Of a stretch of 64,000 bases of DNA, positions 29,905 to 40,499 are shown piece by piece. Positions within the stretch are counted from its first letter, which is position 1, and each line of letters begins with the position of its first letter. A program made the position numbers and the translations under genes. Source of the DNA: Nitrospirota bacterium. GTDB lineage: Bacteria > Nitrospirota > UBA9217. Under the pieces are notes generated by a model, which saw nothing but the letters and a program-made list of their open reading frames with translations, was not told the origin of the DNA and did no database searches. The stretch covers positions 480,001 to 544,000 of the forward strand of contig CAVTRN010000001.1 in NCBI GenBank assembly GCA_963737155.1. Direction: 5' to 3'.

Positions 29905-30465
29905 TCATCCAATCTCCATCCTCCTCACCCAATCAACCCGGACCAGCTTGTTCTCATGCGACCAGCGATAGCTCACTACGCCGTGGAACGCCTTCTTGAT
30001 TGCCCGTCCAATGCGTTGCGCAAGTTTCTCATTTGTCGTAGATATTACTAGGCTTCCATCCCCGCTCTCCTTTATGGACATGACCCGCTCCAGGGGATTC
30101 AACCCACGCGCCCGTACCTCCTCATTCTTCACAAGTTTCATCAGGTCCGACTTATGCGGGAGAACATAATCGCCTTTCAACGTTACGATTCCGCCCGGGA
30201 AGTTGTCGCGGATCTTGAGACAGGCGGGACAGACCATCATTCCGGCTGCAGGGTTCTGTACAGCCGTATCATAGGCATCAGCGCCGGCATACCAGCGTTT
30301 GTTCATGTACACCGCGCGACATCCCTCGCATATAGAAACGCTGCGGCTTGCGCCGCGCGGGAGATAGGAATCCGTTATCGCTAACTTTTTTTTGTAGGAT
30401 AATATGTAGCCTTTCGGTGTTTTCGCAACTGCCTTCATAGAATCCGCCTCCTTCGTTGCCGCCAT
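29905..30465 (-). CDS. BCAM0308-like (NMD3-related) zinc-binding protein
   Basis: CEGCRAVY..KRW, CPACLKIRDNFPGG, NPLERVM, TTNEKLAQRIGRA. Confidence 0.8.
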   Translation of the reverse strand: MAATKEADSMKAVAKTPKGYILSYKKKLAITDSYLPRGASRSVSICEGCRAVYMNKRWYAGADAYDTAVQNPAAGMMVCPACLKIRDNFPGGIVTLKGDYVLPHKSDLMKLVKNEEVRARGLNPLERVMSIKESGDGSLVISTTNEKLAQRIGRAIKKAFHGVVSYRWSHENKLVRVDWVRRMEIG

Positions 30466-30472
30466 TACCAGC

Positions 30473-30688
30473 TCATTTCAACTTTCGCTTGATCTCAGGA
30501 AACTGCTTCTTAAACTCGGGAATATTTCGGGTAAGGAATGATTTAATGGCCTTCAGCTTAGCCTGCAGATCCCCGATATCTTCGGCGGATTCGACCTTTT
30601 TTTGAGCATATCCGCCACGTTGGACAGGGGCTTCCTCCTGGATCTTGATCCTCTCGGCAGTGCTGTTGCCATTTTCTTTGCCGTTCAT
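30473..30688 (-). CDS. Small hypothetical protein
   Basis: 71-aa ORF tightly packed between co-directional genes. Confidence 0.6.
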   Translation of the reverse strand: MNGKENGNSTAERIKIQEEAPVQRGGYAQKKVESAEDIGDLQAKLKAIKSFLTRNIPEFKKQFPEIKRKLK

Positions 30689-30709
30689 GCTTCATCTCGC
30701 TCTCGATGA

Positions 30710-31018
30710 TTATTTCAGCTTCATCCCAAGTTTCTTTTCCAGCGATTCGATCTTCCTGTCCATGCGATCAGCCGCATCCTTGCGATCATCGATCTTGATC
30801 GCCGTAATCGCGCGTTCTGCATCCTTCATCACGGCATCATGACATTTTTTTACAACACCCATAACCGTGTCCCACTCTCCCTCCAACACAGTTCCCATGG
30901 GATTCGCTCGGTAGCTCAGGCCGCTCTCCACGATAATTTTCATGACCTCCGCGATGACCGGACTAACACTGACATCTTTCCCCAAAGGTACCACACTGAA
31001 CTCCACCATTATACTCAT
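30710..31018 (-). CDS. MTH1187/YkoF-family thiamine-binding protein
   Basis: EFSVVPLG, SGLSY...PMGTVLEGEWD, IKIDDR. Confidence 0.9.
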   Translation of the reverse strand: MSIMVEFSVVPLGKDVSVSPVIAEVMKIIVESGLSYRANPMGTVLEGEWDTVMGVVKKCHDAVMKDAERAITAIKIDDRKDAADRMDRKIESLEKKLGMKLK

Positions 31019-31460
31019 GCTGATTCGCCTCTTTGCCGCCCCTTACGCTTCAACATCCCCTTCTTCATGCGAAGACTTCCACCTCATTCCTATTTAAAGT
31101 ATAGCCGCCACTCCCTTTGATGTAAAGGCTGCCAACTAGAGTCTTCCCCGTTGAGAAATCTAATTTTATTGCGCATATTTTACTCTCGATTGCATTACAG
31201 CTAAAGCGCTGGCTACGCCGCCGTGGTCCTCCAGTCTGTTGCCGTAAATGAATGCAACCATGCCACTTTTCTCTTTAGCGACTAAGAGCAGCCGAGTTGG
31301 CATGAGGGGCTAATGCACTCTTCCCGGGGAAAATGATGTATCAGGACAAACCTCCTCAACGCCGTCTTAAAAAAACGCACGTGAAATCATTAAGGTATTA
31401 TCCCGTTCTGATTGAGTTTTTCAGCGTTGTTGCGGCAACGCTGACAGAAACCTTTTCGCC

Positions 31461-31488
31461 TTGACATTTTTCCGTCTTGCCATATAAT
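31461..31488 (+). promoter_or_regulatory. sigma70-type promoter of gmhA
   Basis: TTGACA-N16-TATAAT; preceded by the inverted repeat tcagcgttg...caacgctga (31421-31444). Confidence 0.65.
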
Positions 31489-31525
31489 AAGTGCCTTGTT
31501 ATTGGATTTATTTCGGGGGCAGCGT

Positions 31526-32104
31526 ATGAAAGACATTATTCTGAAAGCATTCGAGGAAAGCGCTCAGATAAAGGTTAAATTCGCCAGAGAAAATGTCGAC
31601 AAGATCATAGAAGTAGTCCAACTCATAGCCCAGGCATTCCGCGAGGGGAGAAAGGTCATTCTCTTCGGCAACGGCGGAAGCGCTATGGACGCCTCACACA
31701 TCGCAGCAGAATTCGTTAACCGTTTTCTCATGGAGCGGCCCCCGCTTCCCGCCATTGCCCTGAACACCGATGCGGCAGTGCTCACCAGCATCAGCAATGA
31801 TTATGACTTTTCCCAGGTCTATTCCAAGCAGTTGGCCGCCTTGGGCCATGAAGGTGATGTGGCCATCGGCATCAGCACGAGCGGCAACTCGCCTAATGTC
31901 ATCAAAGCTATTCAAACTGCCAAAAAAAATGGCATGAAAACCATAGTCCTCACCGGGGGAACGGGCGGCAAATTGGCCAGTATAGCGGACCTCGTCTTTA
32001 TTGTTCCAACAAAGGCGACTCCCCGCATTCAGGAGACGCACATTACACTCGGCCACACGATTTGCCAGCTCGTGGATGAGGAACTCTTCGGCGGAGCCAG
32101 TTAA
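31526..32104 (+). CDS. gmhA: Phosphoheptose isomerase
   Basis: GNGGSA.DA.HIAAE, ISTSGNS.NV, RIQETH. Confidence 0.95.
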   Translation: MKDIILKAFEESAQIKVKFARENVDKIIEVVQLIAQAFREGRKVILFGNGGSAMDASHIAAEFVNRFLMERPPLPAIALNTDAAVLTSISNDYDFSQVYSKQLAALGHEGDVAIGISTSGNSPNVIKAIQTAKKNGMKTIVLTGGTGGKLASIADLVFIVPTKATPRIQETHITLGHTICQLVDEELFGGAS

Positions 32105-33034
32105 ATGAAGAATATCGACGTCTCAAAAATAAAATCATACTCCCTCAAGAGCCGCTCAAGCAAAGTCCGCATCAACGATTTCTCCAAGCCCCACAAAAAA
32201 GGGGGAACCTTCCGCGACTTTCTTTCCTCCCTTCCCGGCATTCTCGCTTCACAGCAGTTCAAGGATGTCGCGACCGCCGTTATCCAGGCGCGAAAGGACA
32301 AACGGCCGGTCATGCTTGGCATGGGCGCCCATGCTATCAAGGTCGGCCTGTCGCCCCTCATAATCGATCTTATGGAACGCGGCATCATCACAAGTCTTTC
32401 GCTGAACGGCGCGGGGATCATTCACGATTTCGAGCTTGCCTTCGTGGGCCAGACTTCCGAAGATGTGGACCGGGAGATCCTTTCCGGAGCATTCGGCATG
32501 GCTGATGAAACCGGCAGCATGCTTAACCAGGCGATAAAAGACGCTCATGTTGATGAAGGAATCGGTTCGGCCGTCGGCAGGATGATTCAGTCCAATGAAT
32601 TTCCGTACAAGGATAAAAGCCTCCTTGCGGCCGGCTACCGCCTCGGTGTCCCGGTAACTGTTCATGTGGCAATCGGCACCGACATCATCCATATGCATCC
32701 ATCTTTCGACGGCAGGGCGACAGGTGCGGCAACACACCGGGATTTTATCACGTTTTGTTCACTCGTTTCGGAGCTGGAGGGTGGCGTGTACATAAATCTG
32801 GGATCCGCGGTCCTACTACCCGAAATCTTTCTTAAAGCCGTGACCCTTGCCAGAAACCTCGGATTCACGCTCCAGAACTTTACAACCGTCAATATGGATT
32901 TTGTTCAGCACTACCGTCCGAACACGAATGTCGTTCGTCGTCCCACGCAGAGCGGCGGCAAAGGGTTCTCTATCACCGGCCACCACGAAATTATGTTCCC
33001 TCTCCTCGCAGCCGCCATTATTGAAAATTTCTGA
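32105..33034 (+). CDS. Conserved hypothetical protein, deoxyhypusine-synthase-like fold
   Basis: GMGAHAIK.GL, NGAGIIHDFE, FGMADETG, HVAIGTDIIH, GSAV.LPEIFLK, GHHEIM; abuts gmhA. Confidence 0.75.
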   Translation: MKNIDVSKIKSYSLKSRSSKVRINDFSKPHKKGGTFRDFLSSLPGILASQQFKDVATAVIQARKDKRPVMLGMGAHAIKVGLSPLIIDLMERGIITSLSLNGAGIIHDFELAFVGQTSEDVDREILSGAFGMADETGSMLNQAIKDAHVDEGIGSAVGRMIQSNEFPYKDKSLLAAGYRLGVPVTVHVAIGTDIIHMHPSFDGRATGAATHRDFITFCSLVSELEGGVYINLGSAVLLPEIFLKAVTLARNLGFTLQNFTTVNMDFVQHYRPNTNVVRRPTQSGGKGFSITGHHEIMFPLLAAAIIENF

Positions 33035-33368
33035 TATGACTCGATCATGTTTTCTAAGCTTGCCCTCTTCCTTCCATCGCGTTTTTCCGTAAAACATGTT
33101 TAAAATCATCAAGGTTATACTGATCCTAAATTCTGCAGTTGGAATTCGGGTAGTCTTTAAAAAAAGCAGAACATTATAGCAAGTTATGGCAACTGCGGGC
33201 AGTTAAATTTCTCATCCAATAAATTAACGAAAAAATTGAAGCATTTTATTGATTTTGTATGAAACCATCGTGTCAACTGTCATTTTTTTAATAATATATT
33301 AGAGGGGATTTTGTAAATTTCGAAGTTTTCATGTGACGCTGAAATCTCTGTGAAAAAGACGTTTTTGG

Positions 33369-35009
33369 CTAACCATCCCTCGCCAGCCGGGTCAGTTTCG
33401 CATTGAAGGCAGCCTTGATTTTAGCAATATAAGGGTTTTTGTAAGCGAAGATCTCGTCTTTTTCGTCATGGACCAGCATAGTCGCGTTGGTCTCAAACAC
33501 TACGATCTCACCACAGCAGTCGAGCGCGCAGTCAATGCCGCTATAGTCGAGCCCTGTCGCGTTAGACACGGCACGTAGCGCGGCCTGGTGTTGCTCATCG
33601 AACACCAGGTGCGGGTCCTTGAGGAAAGACTCCTCCTCCTGGCGCATCCAAGCCTGATTGGCCATATCTGTCCGGAAATGGTGCACTTTCCAGTCATCAT
33701 GAATGGCAAGGTGGTAAGGCAGTAGCTCTTCATCAATGCTGATCAGCCGGTATTTGCGGAAGAAACCATCGGCCGAGCGGTAGTCAACGTACTCCGTCAC
33801 GTAGTAATTGGCTTCAGGATGTCTGGAGACGAAATCTGCGATGCCACTAAAGTCGGTGAACTTTTCAAAGTCATCACCTCCGTGGTAACCAGCGACGCGA
33901 ATTAAAAGCGGCAGGTTGAAATCATCAAGGATTTTGTTCTTCGCGGCCTTAGTAAGCACAGGGCCGGTAAACCGCCTGGTTTTTGGGACACGGCATAAGG
34001 GAATGCCGGCGATACGTCTTGAGACAGTCTCGCGGTCAGTGTTCATGATCAGACCGGGATGGTTGATAGCAGGCCTGCCAAGGCGATTCACAAGATCCTG
34101 AGCGAATGGCAGTATGTCCCTGCATTTGTCCGCATCGGAAATCATGTTGACAACAACATCGGCTTTTGCTCGCAAAATATCAAGATTCTGTGGCGCACCC
34201 GGTAACACGCAATAGAAATGGCAGTCATAGTTTGCTTTACGAATCAGATTGTTAACCGGGGTCAATCCGGAACCAGGAGCATATAGCAGCACTACCGAAA
34301 AATCGGCTTTCTCCTTTCTTGCGTGCCAGGTAATCAGCGCACCTAATTCCTGAGCGCGGCGGAACATGGACATGGATTTGATGACCTGGCCCTTGCGCAG
34401 TAGAATGTTCCCCAATATTGTGTAGGCATTCACGTTGAAACCACCTGGGTTGATGGCGAGCGAGCGCTCCAGAAATTCTATTGCCTCGTCATCCTTTCCG
34501 CCAATGCGATCCAGCAAACTGCCCATGCAAAGCAAAGCGAAGTCGGAGTTGGGATTGATTCCCAGCGATTGCTTGAGATTTGCAGCAGCCTCGGCGAACC
34601 GACCCAAATCGACAAGCAGTGAGCCCAGATTATTGTACGCTCTAACAAATGTGGGATTCAACTTTACTGCACGGCGATAATTGATTTCGGCCTCTTCTTC
34701 CCGGCCAAGCTTGTACAAAACGTACCCAAGGTCGTTGTGCACATCAGCATCATCCGGTGAAAGTTTAGCTACTCGGGAAAGTGCATTTATAGCTTGTGTC
34801 CACTTGCCCAAATTCAAAAGTGCCTTGCCCAAGGCTCTCCAACCCATGACTTGTTCAGGATGGCGTGTCGCCACGGTGCGGGCCTTAATCGCCAACCGGT
34901 CCCATTGCCCAGCATTAGAGAGCAACACCATATCATTGATCATCGTGGCAGGCAATGCCGTACTACCTCTTTTGGCCTGAGGGACGACGGATCTGGATTT
35001 ATTATGCAT
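33369..35009 (-). CDS. TPR-repeat protein with C-terminal ATP-grasp-like domain
   Basis: N-terminal TPRs (HNDLG, YNNLG); C-terminal IRVAGYHGG, EYVDYRSADGFFRKYR, LDYSGID, VFETNATM. Confidence 0.8.
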   Translation of the reverse strand: MHNKSRSVVPQAKRGSTALPATMINDMVLLSNAGQWDRLAIKARTVATRHPEQVMGWRALGKALLNLGKWTQAINALSRVAKLSPDDADVHNDLGYVLYKLGREEEAEINYRRAVKLNPTFVRAYNNLGSLLVDLGRFAEAAANLKQSLGINPNSDFALLCMGSLLDRIGGKDDEAIEFLERSLAINPGGFNVNAYTILGNILLRKGQVIKSMSMFRRAQELGALITWHARKEKADFSVVLLYAPGSGLTPVNNLIRKANYDCHFYCVLPGAPQNLDILRAKADVVVNMISDADKCRDILPFAQDLVNRLGRPAINHPGLIMNTDRETVSRRIAGIPLCRVPKTRRFTGPVLTKAAKNKILDDFNLPLLIRVAGYHGGDDFEKFTDFSGIADFVSRHPEANYYVTEYVDYRSADGFFRKYRLISIDEELLPYHLAIHDDWKVHHFRTDMANQAWMRQEEESFLKDPHLVFDEQHQAALRAVSNATGLDYSGIDCALDCCGEIVVFETNATMLVHDEKDEIFAYKNPYIAKIKAAFNAKLTRLARDG

Positions 35010-35149
35010 GGGGCATGTCCTTGTAGTCTAAGGGTCTGCGCTCAATTAACCTGAACAATTAAGGACCTTTTGGATGTACAGTTTAGTTCCAAATCGCCGT
35101 GAAACTCGCAAGCTTGAGATATGAGAGAATTTAGTCAGCTTTTGGTTGT

Positions 35150-35370
35150 TTTGGCGTTTTATTATTCTTTTTCGGTTCAGCTTCGTTTTGATGCGAAGCC
35201 CCGCGTTAGATGCTGTATTACCGATAAATTTAACAATTGTATCGTGACTGACCATAGGTTGCCTACGCTAATTTTGCATATTAAAGGAAAACATACGATG
35301 CTCGATCTAATTCCGTTTGCTCTTCCCGGCGGCAAATGGCATACGTTGATAGGCAGGCCGTTGTCGCTGG
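35150..35370 (-). pseudogene. ISAzo13-family transposase remnant
   Basis: GLPINVCHLPPG/SK.N*IEHRMFSF..QN*RRQPMVSHDTIVKFIGNT, with stops and a frameshift; matches the ISAzo13 CHFPPGTSKWNKIEHR motif. Confidence 0.8.
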
Positions 35371-35467
35371 GGAGCACCGTCGCAATCAAGCCCAAGCAAC
35401 AATGGCCTGGAAGTTTAATTGACAAGATACCGATTACCAGAAGCTGTCTAGCCACTATGTTTCATGT

Positions 35468-36625
35468 TTAATATGTTGCAATACTGGAATGACGACACTT
35501 AAAATCGGCCATAAAGTCAACCAGGTTCTCAACCGCAGGAAGCGTCACCGCGTTGTAAATGGAAACCCGAACGCCACCGATGGTGCGATGGCCAGAAAGA
35601 CCACAAAAACCCGCAGCGAGTGCCTCCGTAAGGAATCGTTTTTCCATTTCCGGGGTAGATAGATTGAACGACACATTCATCCTTGAGCGGTCTCGGGGTT
35701 CGGCCCTACTGCAATAAAAGCCGTCGCTTCCATCCATAAAGCGATATATGAGTTCAGCTTTGCCCCGGTTTATCTGGGCCATGCGCGTCAAACCGCCAAT
35801 TTCGTTGATCAGCCAGCGCGTAACCAGTAAAACGACGTAGATTGCAAAAACAGGTGGAGTGTTGAAATTTGAATGAGCTTCGATGTGGCTGCGGTAATCC
35901 AAGAAAGCAGGGAGATTGGTAGGAGCATCCCTAAGCAACTCATTGTGTATTAGCACGACAGTTACTCCTGCTGGACCTATGTTTTTCTGGGCATGGGCAT
36001 AGATCAGGGAAAACCGCTCGGCTTCACAGGGCACGGACAGAAAATCAGAGGACATGTCACAGATGCGGGGAACATCGTCTCGGCCCAGGACTCGATGAAA
36101 CTGGAGTCCCTCGACAGTTTCATTGGAAACATAGTGGAAGTAAGGCGCATCGGGTGCGAAAGAAAGTTCATCGTCGCTGGGCAGGCTCCGGAACCCTCCA
36201 GTCTCGCCGCTCCAGACAATACGAATTGGACCTTCGTGCCTTGCTTCACGAACGGCCTTGCCGCTCCAATAGCCTGTGTGCAAGTAATCGGCCGGGCAAG
36301 TTTTCACTCGCAGCAGGTTCATCGGCACCATCGAGAATTGTTGCGTTGCCCCGCCTTGCAGCAACAATACGTGATAGTCTTCGGACAGCCCCAACAACTT
36401 GCGGATATTGTTTTCCAACTCAGTGACAACTGCGGCAAACCAGTCGGAACGATGACTTATACAAAGAATCGACAGGCCGACTTCGGGTACCGCAATGATG
36501 GATTCTTGAACCTCCAGCAATACACTCTCTGGCAAAGCGCTTGGCCCACCCGAAAAATTTAAATTGTTATGAATATTCATATGCCGGAGAGGCTCTTTCC
36601 ACGTTGAAGCAATATCACGTTCCAT
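35468..36625 (-). CDS. serC: Phosphoserine aminotransferase
   Basis: NFSGGPSALP, ISHRS, QGGATQQF, NETVEG, DMSSD, AHAQKNIGPAG, NTPPVF, GHRTIGGVR.SIYNA. Confidence 0.93.
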   Translation of the reverse strand: MERDIASTWKEPLRHMNIHNNLNFSGGPSALPESVLLEVQESIIAVPEVGLSILCISHRSDWFAAVVTELENNIRKLLGLSEDYHVLLLQGGATQQFSMVPMNLLRVKTCPADYLHTGYWSGKAVREARHEGPIRIVWSGETGGFRSLPSDDELSFAPDAPYFHYVSNETVEGLQFHRVLGRDDVPRICDMSSDFLSVPCEAERFSLIYAHAQKNIGPAGVTVVLIHNELLRDAPTNLPAFLDYRSHIEAHSNFNTPPVFAIYVVLLVTRWLINEIGGLTRMAQINRGKAELIYRFMDGSDGFYCSRAEPRDRSRMNVSFNLSTPEMEKRFLTEALAAGFCGLSGHRTIGGVRVSIYNAVTLPAVENLVDFMADFKCRHSSIATY

Positions 36626-36873
36626 ACTCCTGTTATATTGTTTGAGGTTTCCTGAGCCATGTTGATAGGTAGGTGGTATTCCTTCCTATTTTTGCCAGTT
36701 TCTTTGCGCACATCCTGTTGTGCTCGGTGTCAAGTGCATAACCCGCTTTTACTATTAGCCAGAGCAACAAAATTGAATTTTTCCCTTAGGCTAGAAACAT
36801 ATTCGTTTTCTCCAACCACGCTCACGTCATCATAGATCCTTTTTAGGATGGGCAGTAACTGTTTGATTATCGA

Positions 36874-36890
36874 TGCAATGAGTGTGCCTA
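36874..36890 (-). promoter_or_regulatory. sigma54 (-24/-12) promoter upstream of serC
   Basis: taGGCACactcaTTGCa; IHF-like tttcaatatgtta at 36908-36920. Confidence 0.6.
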
Positions 36891-37541
36891 AAGCAAAATA
36901 ATCGTCTTTTCAATATGTTAGGTGAATAATAATATAATTAAACCTGAATCAGGCGTCAAAAAAAAGGCAAGTATCTACCGAGCGATGATTGCTAAGTTAA
37001 GCAAACAAATGAAGACTTATAAAAAGTTTTAAAAAACACTTGTTTAAAAGCGGATCGGCCTGTGCAGGGTGAGAAATTAAACTGATCCATAGTTACCAAA
37101 ACTTGCGTTAATATGTTGCTTTTAAAAGACTAATTCTATTTTCAATTGCTGGACTTAGGTTAAAAGATTTTAATTTAGCAACAGGGATGGGGGAGAGATT
37201 TTGGTATTTCCCTCGGTACTCTTTAAACTTGAACCACGTACGGCCGTTACATTCCACCCCGACGCCAGGGCGTCTCAGATTCGGTATATTTAAGATGCCC
37301 GGGCTTACCCACTTTTCATCATTATTAAATATTTCGCAAAACCGTATTTTTCGTGTATAGTATTTAAAGTTTTATTCAACAGGGCTTGTATCAAATACGA
37401 TGACTAGCTTCTATCGCATGTACTTTGTCGGCAGAAATAATAATTTCCAGGGATTAGTATCGCTCATCGCTGTCAGACATTTCCCTGCGCTCATTCCGCT
37501 CATAAGCCGCATGCGCAACCTTTAAAAATACGGAATTTTCG

Positions 37542-37871
37542 ATGCAAAACATCCCAATTTCACTGGCGACTTCTGGAATGATACTCGCCAAGCAAATACA
37601 AAGTTCAGATGATCCAGCGAGCATGACCATTTGCGGCAAGGGAGTCACCTTGACGGAATCGATGATTGCGCATCTGCAGCGGATGGGAATCCAGTCAGTT
37701 ACCGTCGAAGGCCATCCGATAAACGTTGAGGGTGAAGCGACGCTGGAGCAAATGCTGGCCGCACTCGAATCACGGTTTCGCCACGTAGAGGGCGACCCGC
37801 TGATGATGAGGGTGAAGGAAATTTACCGTAAGCAAATCCTTCGATCCATGGGGGAGCCAGGTGGAAGATAG
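37542..37871 (+). CDS. Small hypothetical protein (HD-GYP N-terminal-like)
   Basis: GMILAK...KGVTLTE..I..L..MGI..V.VEG; overlaps the HDOD gene. Confidence 0.75.
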   Translation: MQNIPISLATSGMILAKQIQSSDDPASMTICGKGVTLTESMIAHLQRMGIQSVTVEGHPINVEGEATLEQMLAALESRFRHVEGDPLMMRVKEIYRKQILRSMGEPGGR

Positions 37872-38724
37872 ACGCGCGGAAATACGGAATTTAATCCGTG
37901 ATACCAAGTCCCTGCCCACGCTTCCCGGAATCATAGCAAGGCTCGGGTCCCTGGCCGACAACGACAAAGTTTCCTCCCAGGAAGTGGCACGGGTGGTTTC
38001 TGCTGATCAGGTGCTGTCGGCAAAGGTCCTTAGGCTGGTGAACTCCGCTTTCTACGGTTTTCCGGGCCGCGTATCAACCGTTTCGAACGCCCTCATCCTC
38101 CTCGGCGTAAACGTCGTAAAGAGTCTTGCCATCACGAGTTCCATCTTTGAGATCATGGAAAAAAATGCCGTAGGACTCTGGGAGCACTCCATGGGCGTGG
38201 CAGTTGCGGCCAACACCATCTCGAAGACCTTGAAACTTCCTGATGCGGAAGAAACCGCAACCGCGGCACTGCTTCACGATATCGGGAAGGTCATCATCAA
38301 GATCAAACTACAGCAGGACTTCAGCCTGCTATCGGCACTGGTGGACGACAAAGGATATACAATGCAGGAGGCGGAGCAGAGCCTGCTTGAAACGGATCAC
38401 GCGGAAATCGGTGGATGGCTTGTGCGGTCATGGCTCCTGCCGGAGAAACTCATTGAGCCAATAGCTTTCCATCACAATGTGGAGAAGTCTTCGGCCCACC
38501 AGACGAAAACGGCAGTCGTTCATCTTGCCGATGTTCTCATAAAAGCCTCCGGTTTCGGTTTCAGCGGAGATCGGCTCGTCCCGCGGATCCAACCCGTTGC
38601 ATGGAACAGGCTCGGCATGACCGATGCGCTCCTCGAAACAATCATCACGGAAGTCGAGGACAAGCTCGTTGAGGTCAAAAATTTCAGCCTTGAGATACAG
38701 TCGACCGATGAAGCCAAAAAATAG
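37861..38724 (+). CDS. HDOD-domain protein
   Basis: LPTLP, D..LSAKVLRLVNSAFYG, LWEHS, LLHDIGK, DHAEIG, W.LP. Confidence 0.92.
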   Translation: MEDRRAEIRNLIRDTKSLPTLPGIIARLGSLADNDKVSSQEVARVVSADQVLSAKVLRLVNSAFYGFPGRVSTVSNALILLGVNVVKSLAITSSIFEIMEKNAVGLWEHSMGVAVAANTISKTLKLPDAEETATAALLHDIGKVIIKIKLQQDFSLLSALVDDKGYTMQEAEQSLLETDHAEIGGWLVRSWLLPEKLIEPIAFHHNVEKSSAHQTKTAVVHLADVLIKASGFGFSGDRLVPRIQPVAWNRLGMTDALLETIITEVEDKLVEVKNFSLEIQSTDEAKK

Positions 38725-39631
38725 AATTGCGCTGCTCTCGCGGGACCGCGACCTACACTATCACCTCGAAATCCGCCTCGAAAGCAAAGGCTGCCAAATC
38801 ATAACACTGCCCGATCCGTCCCAGGTGCTCGGATTTGTCTACGCTGATCCACCGGACGTCATCATCATCGATCTTTCAGTCCCTGATCCCGCATTTCACC
38901 AGATCCTGGACGAACTGAAACAGGACAATTACTTCAGTGTTATTCCCGTGATCGGCATCATCCGGGAAGCCTCAATCGAGACAATGGATTGGAAAAAGCA
39001 CCCGTTCGACGACTTTGTTTCATACCCGGTCGGGTATCCCGAGCTTTTCAGCCGCATCGTCCTTTCTCTCCAGCGGATTGAACGGATTTTCGACAACAAC
39101 CCTCTCAGCAAGCTTCCCGGCAATACCTCCATCCATCACGCTATCGAACGGTCGCTCGGGAAGGACCTGGCAGTATGCTACGTCGACATCAATAATTTCA
39201 AGCCTTACAACGACACCTATGGATTTTCCCGAGGAGATGAAGTGATCCGCATGGTGGCCCGCATCATGTCCAACACGGTCAGGGAGTCGAAACAGAGCGG
39301 CTTTGTGGGTCACATCGGTGGCGATGATTTCGTCTTCATCGTACCGCTCGACCAGGCAGAGACAGTCTGTAAGATGATAATATCAAACTTCAAGGTTATC
39401 GAGTCCGACCTATTCGGCGAGGAGGACAAAGCCAAGGGCTACTATGTAGCGAAGGACCGCAAAGGTCAGGAGCAAAGGTTTCCACTCTTGGGCATTTCGA
39501 TCGCCGTGGTGCCGGTAAATAATCTGAACGTGCAGCATGCAGGCAAAGTTGCCGAGATAGCCGTAGAGTTAAAAAAAGCAGCAAAGAAATCCCCTGAAAG
39601 CTGTTATGTCGTGGATCGGCGAAAAGGGTAG
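38708..39631 (+). CDS. Receiver-like + GGDEF (GGDDF) diguanylate cyclase
   Basis: PDVIIID; NPLSKLPGN, YVDINNFKPYNDTYG..RGD, HIGGDDF. Confidence 0.9.
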   Translation: MKPKNRIALLSRDRDLHYHLEIRLESKGCQIITLPDPSQVLGFVYADPPDVIIIDLSVPDPAFHQILDELKQDNYFSVIPVIGIIREASIETMDWKKHPFDDFVSYPVGYPELFSRIVLSLQRIERIFDNNPLSKLPGNTSIHHAIERSLGKDLAVCYVDINNFKPYNDTYGFSRGDEVIRMVARIMSNTVRESKQSGFVGHIGGDDFVFIVPLDQAETVCKMIISNFKVIESDLFGEEDKAKGYYVAKDRKGQEQRFPLLGISIAVVPVNNLNVQHAGKVAEIAVELKKAAKKSPESCYVVDRRKG

Positions 39632-39818
39632 GAATGGCGCCTTTTCCCCTTTTCACTATGTCACGTCAAGCTAAGCTCGTCCCATGCTGATCCTTCCAAG
39701 CTTCGGTTGTAAAAAAAATACGCTATAATTGAATTATTCAGGCATTATCGGAGGGGGCGGAAGAACAAGCTTAATTTTCGGCTCTCAGGATTTGTCCGGT
39801 ACGTCAAGCGGTGAGTAT

Positions 39819-40049
39819 ATGCCGAAGGAAGATATTATAGAGGTACAGGGGAAGGTTATAGAAGCACTTCCTAACGCCATGTTCAGGGTCGAAGTAGAAG
39901 GCGGCCATATCATTCTGGCGCATCTGGCGGGAAAGCTCCGCATCCACTACATCAAGATCCTGCCCGGTGACAAAGTTACCGTGGAGCTCTCTCCTTACGA
40001 TCTGACGCGGGGAAGAATTACTTTCCGGTTGAAATATCAGGCTGCATAG
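39819..40049 (+). CDS. infA: Translation initiation factor IF-1
   Basis: [21 protein letters not shown]...[21 protein letters not shown]. Confidence 0.97.
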   Translation: MPKEDIIEVQGKVIEALPNAMFRVEVEGGHIILAHLAGKLRIHYIKILPGDKVTVELSPYDLTRGRITFRLKYQAA

Positions 40050-40450
40050 AACAACACTGTGCAACCGACTTGCCATACGCATTGGCGAACGGTATTCTCG
40101 TCCCGTACCCGTCCCCTCCCGTCTGCGTATTTCCCATTATTTTTACCGAGAACATTCCGTGGTAGTCGCCAAAGACGCAGAACTGGCAAATTTGGGTTTA
40201 CGAGGTGGCCTCCATCTGGCCAGAAGGTGCAATTTGGTTTTAAAGCTGGAGGCATTGCCTGTTCAGTCGTCCCTGCAGTCAAACGGGCAGGCAGAAACGT
40301 CGCCGGGGTCCATATCAGGGCCACAGGCAGTTTTGATATTGCAACGCAAGGCAGTAAGAAGCCACGTGTGCTATCGGCATCGCAATATGATTCACAAAAA
40401 GGGTGGGCATGCATATGAAGAGATCCGTCTCAAAAAACAAGAAGGAGGGC

Positions 40451-40494
40451 GCGCCGAAGATACCACTGGCTTTAGCCCGGGGTATCTTCGGCGC
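40451..40494. repeat. REP- or IS200/IS605-end-like palindrome
   Basis: Perfect 14-bp stem gcgccgaagatacc/ggtatcttcggcgc with an inner ggc-ttta-gcc. Confidence 0.65.
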
Positions 40495-40499
40495 ATACG

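Noticed and set aside
39819-40049. Stand-alone infA as a novelty
   Set aside because: infA outside ribosomal-protein operons and infA paralogues are common.
40059-40450. Overlapping 114-125 aa ORFs after infA
   Set aside because: No RBS or domain support, and conflicting frames.
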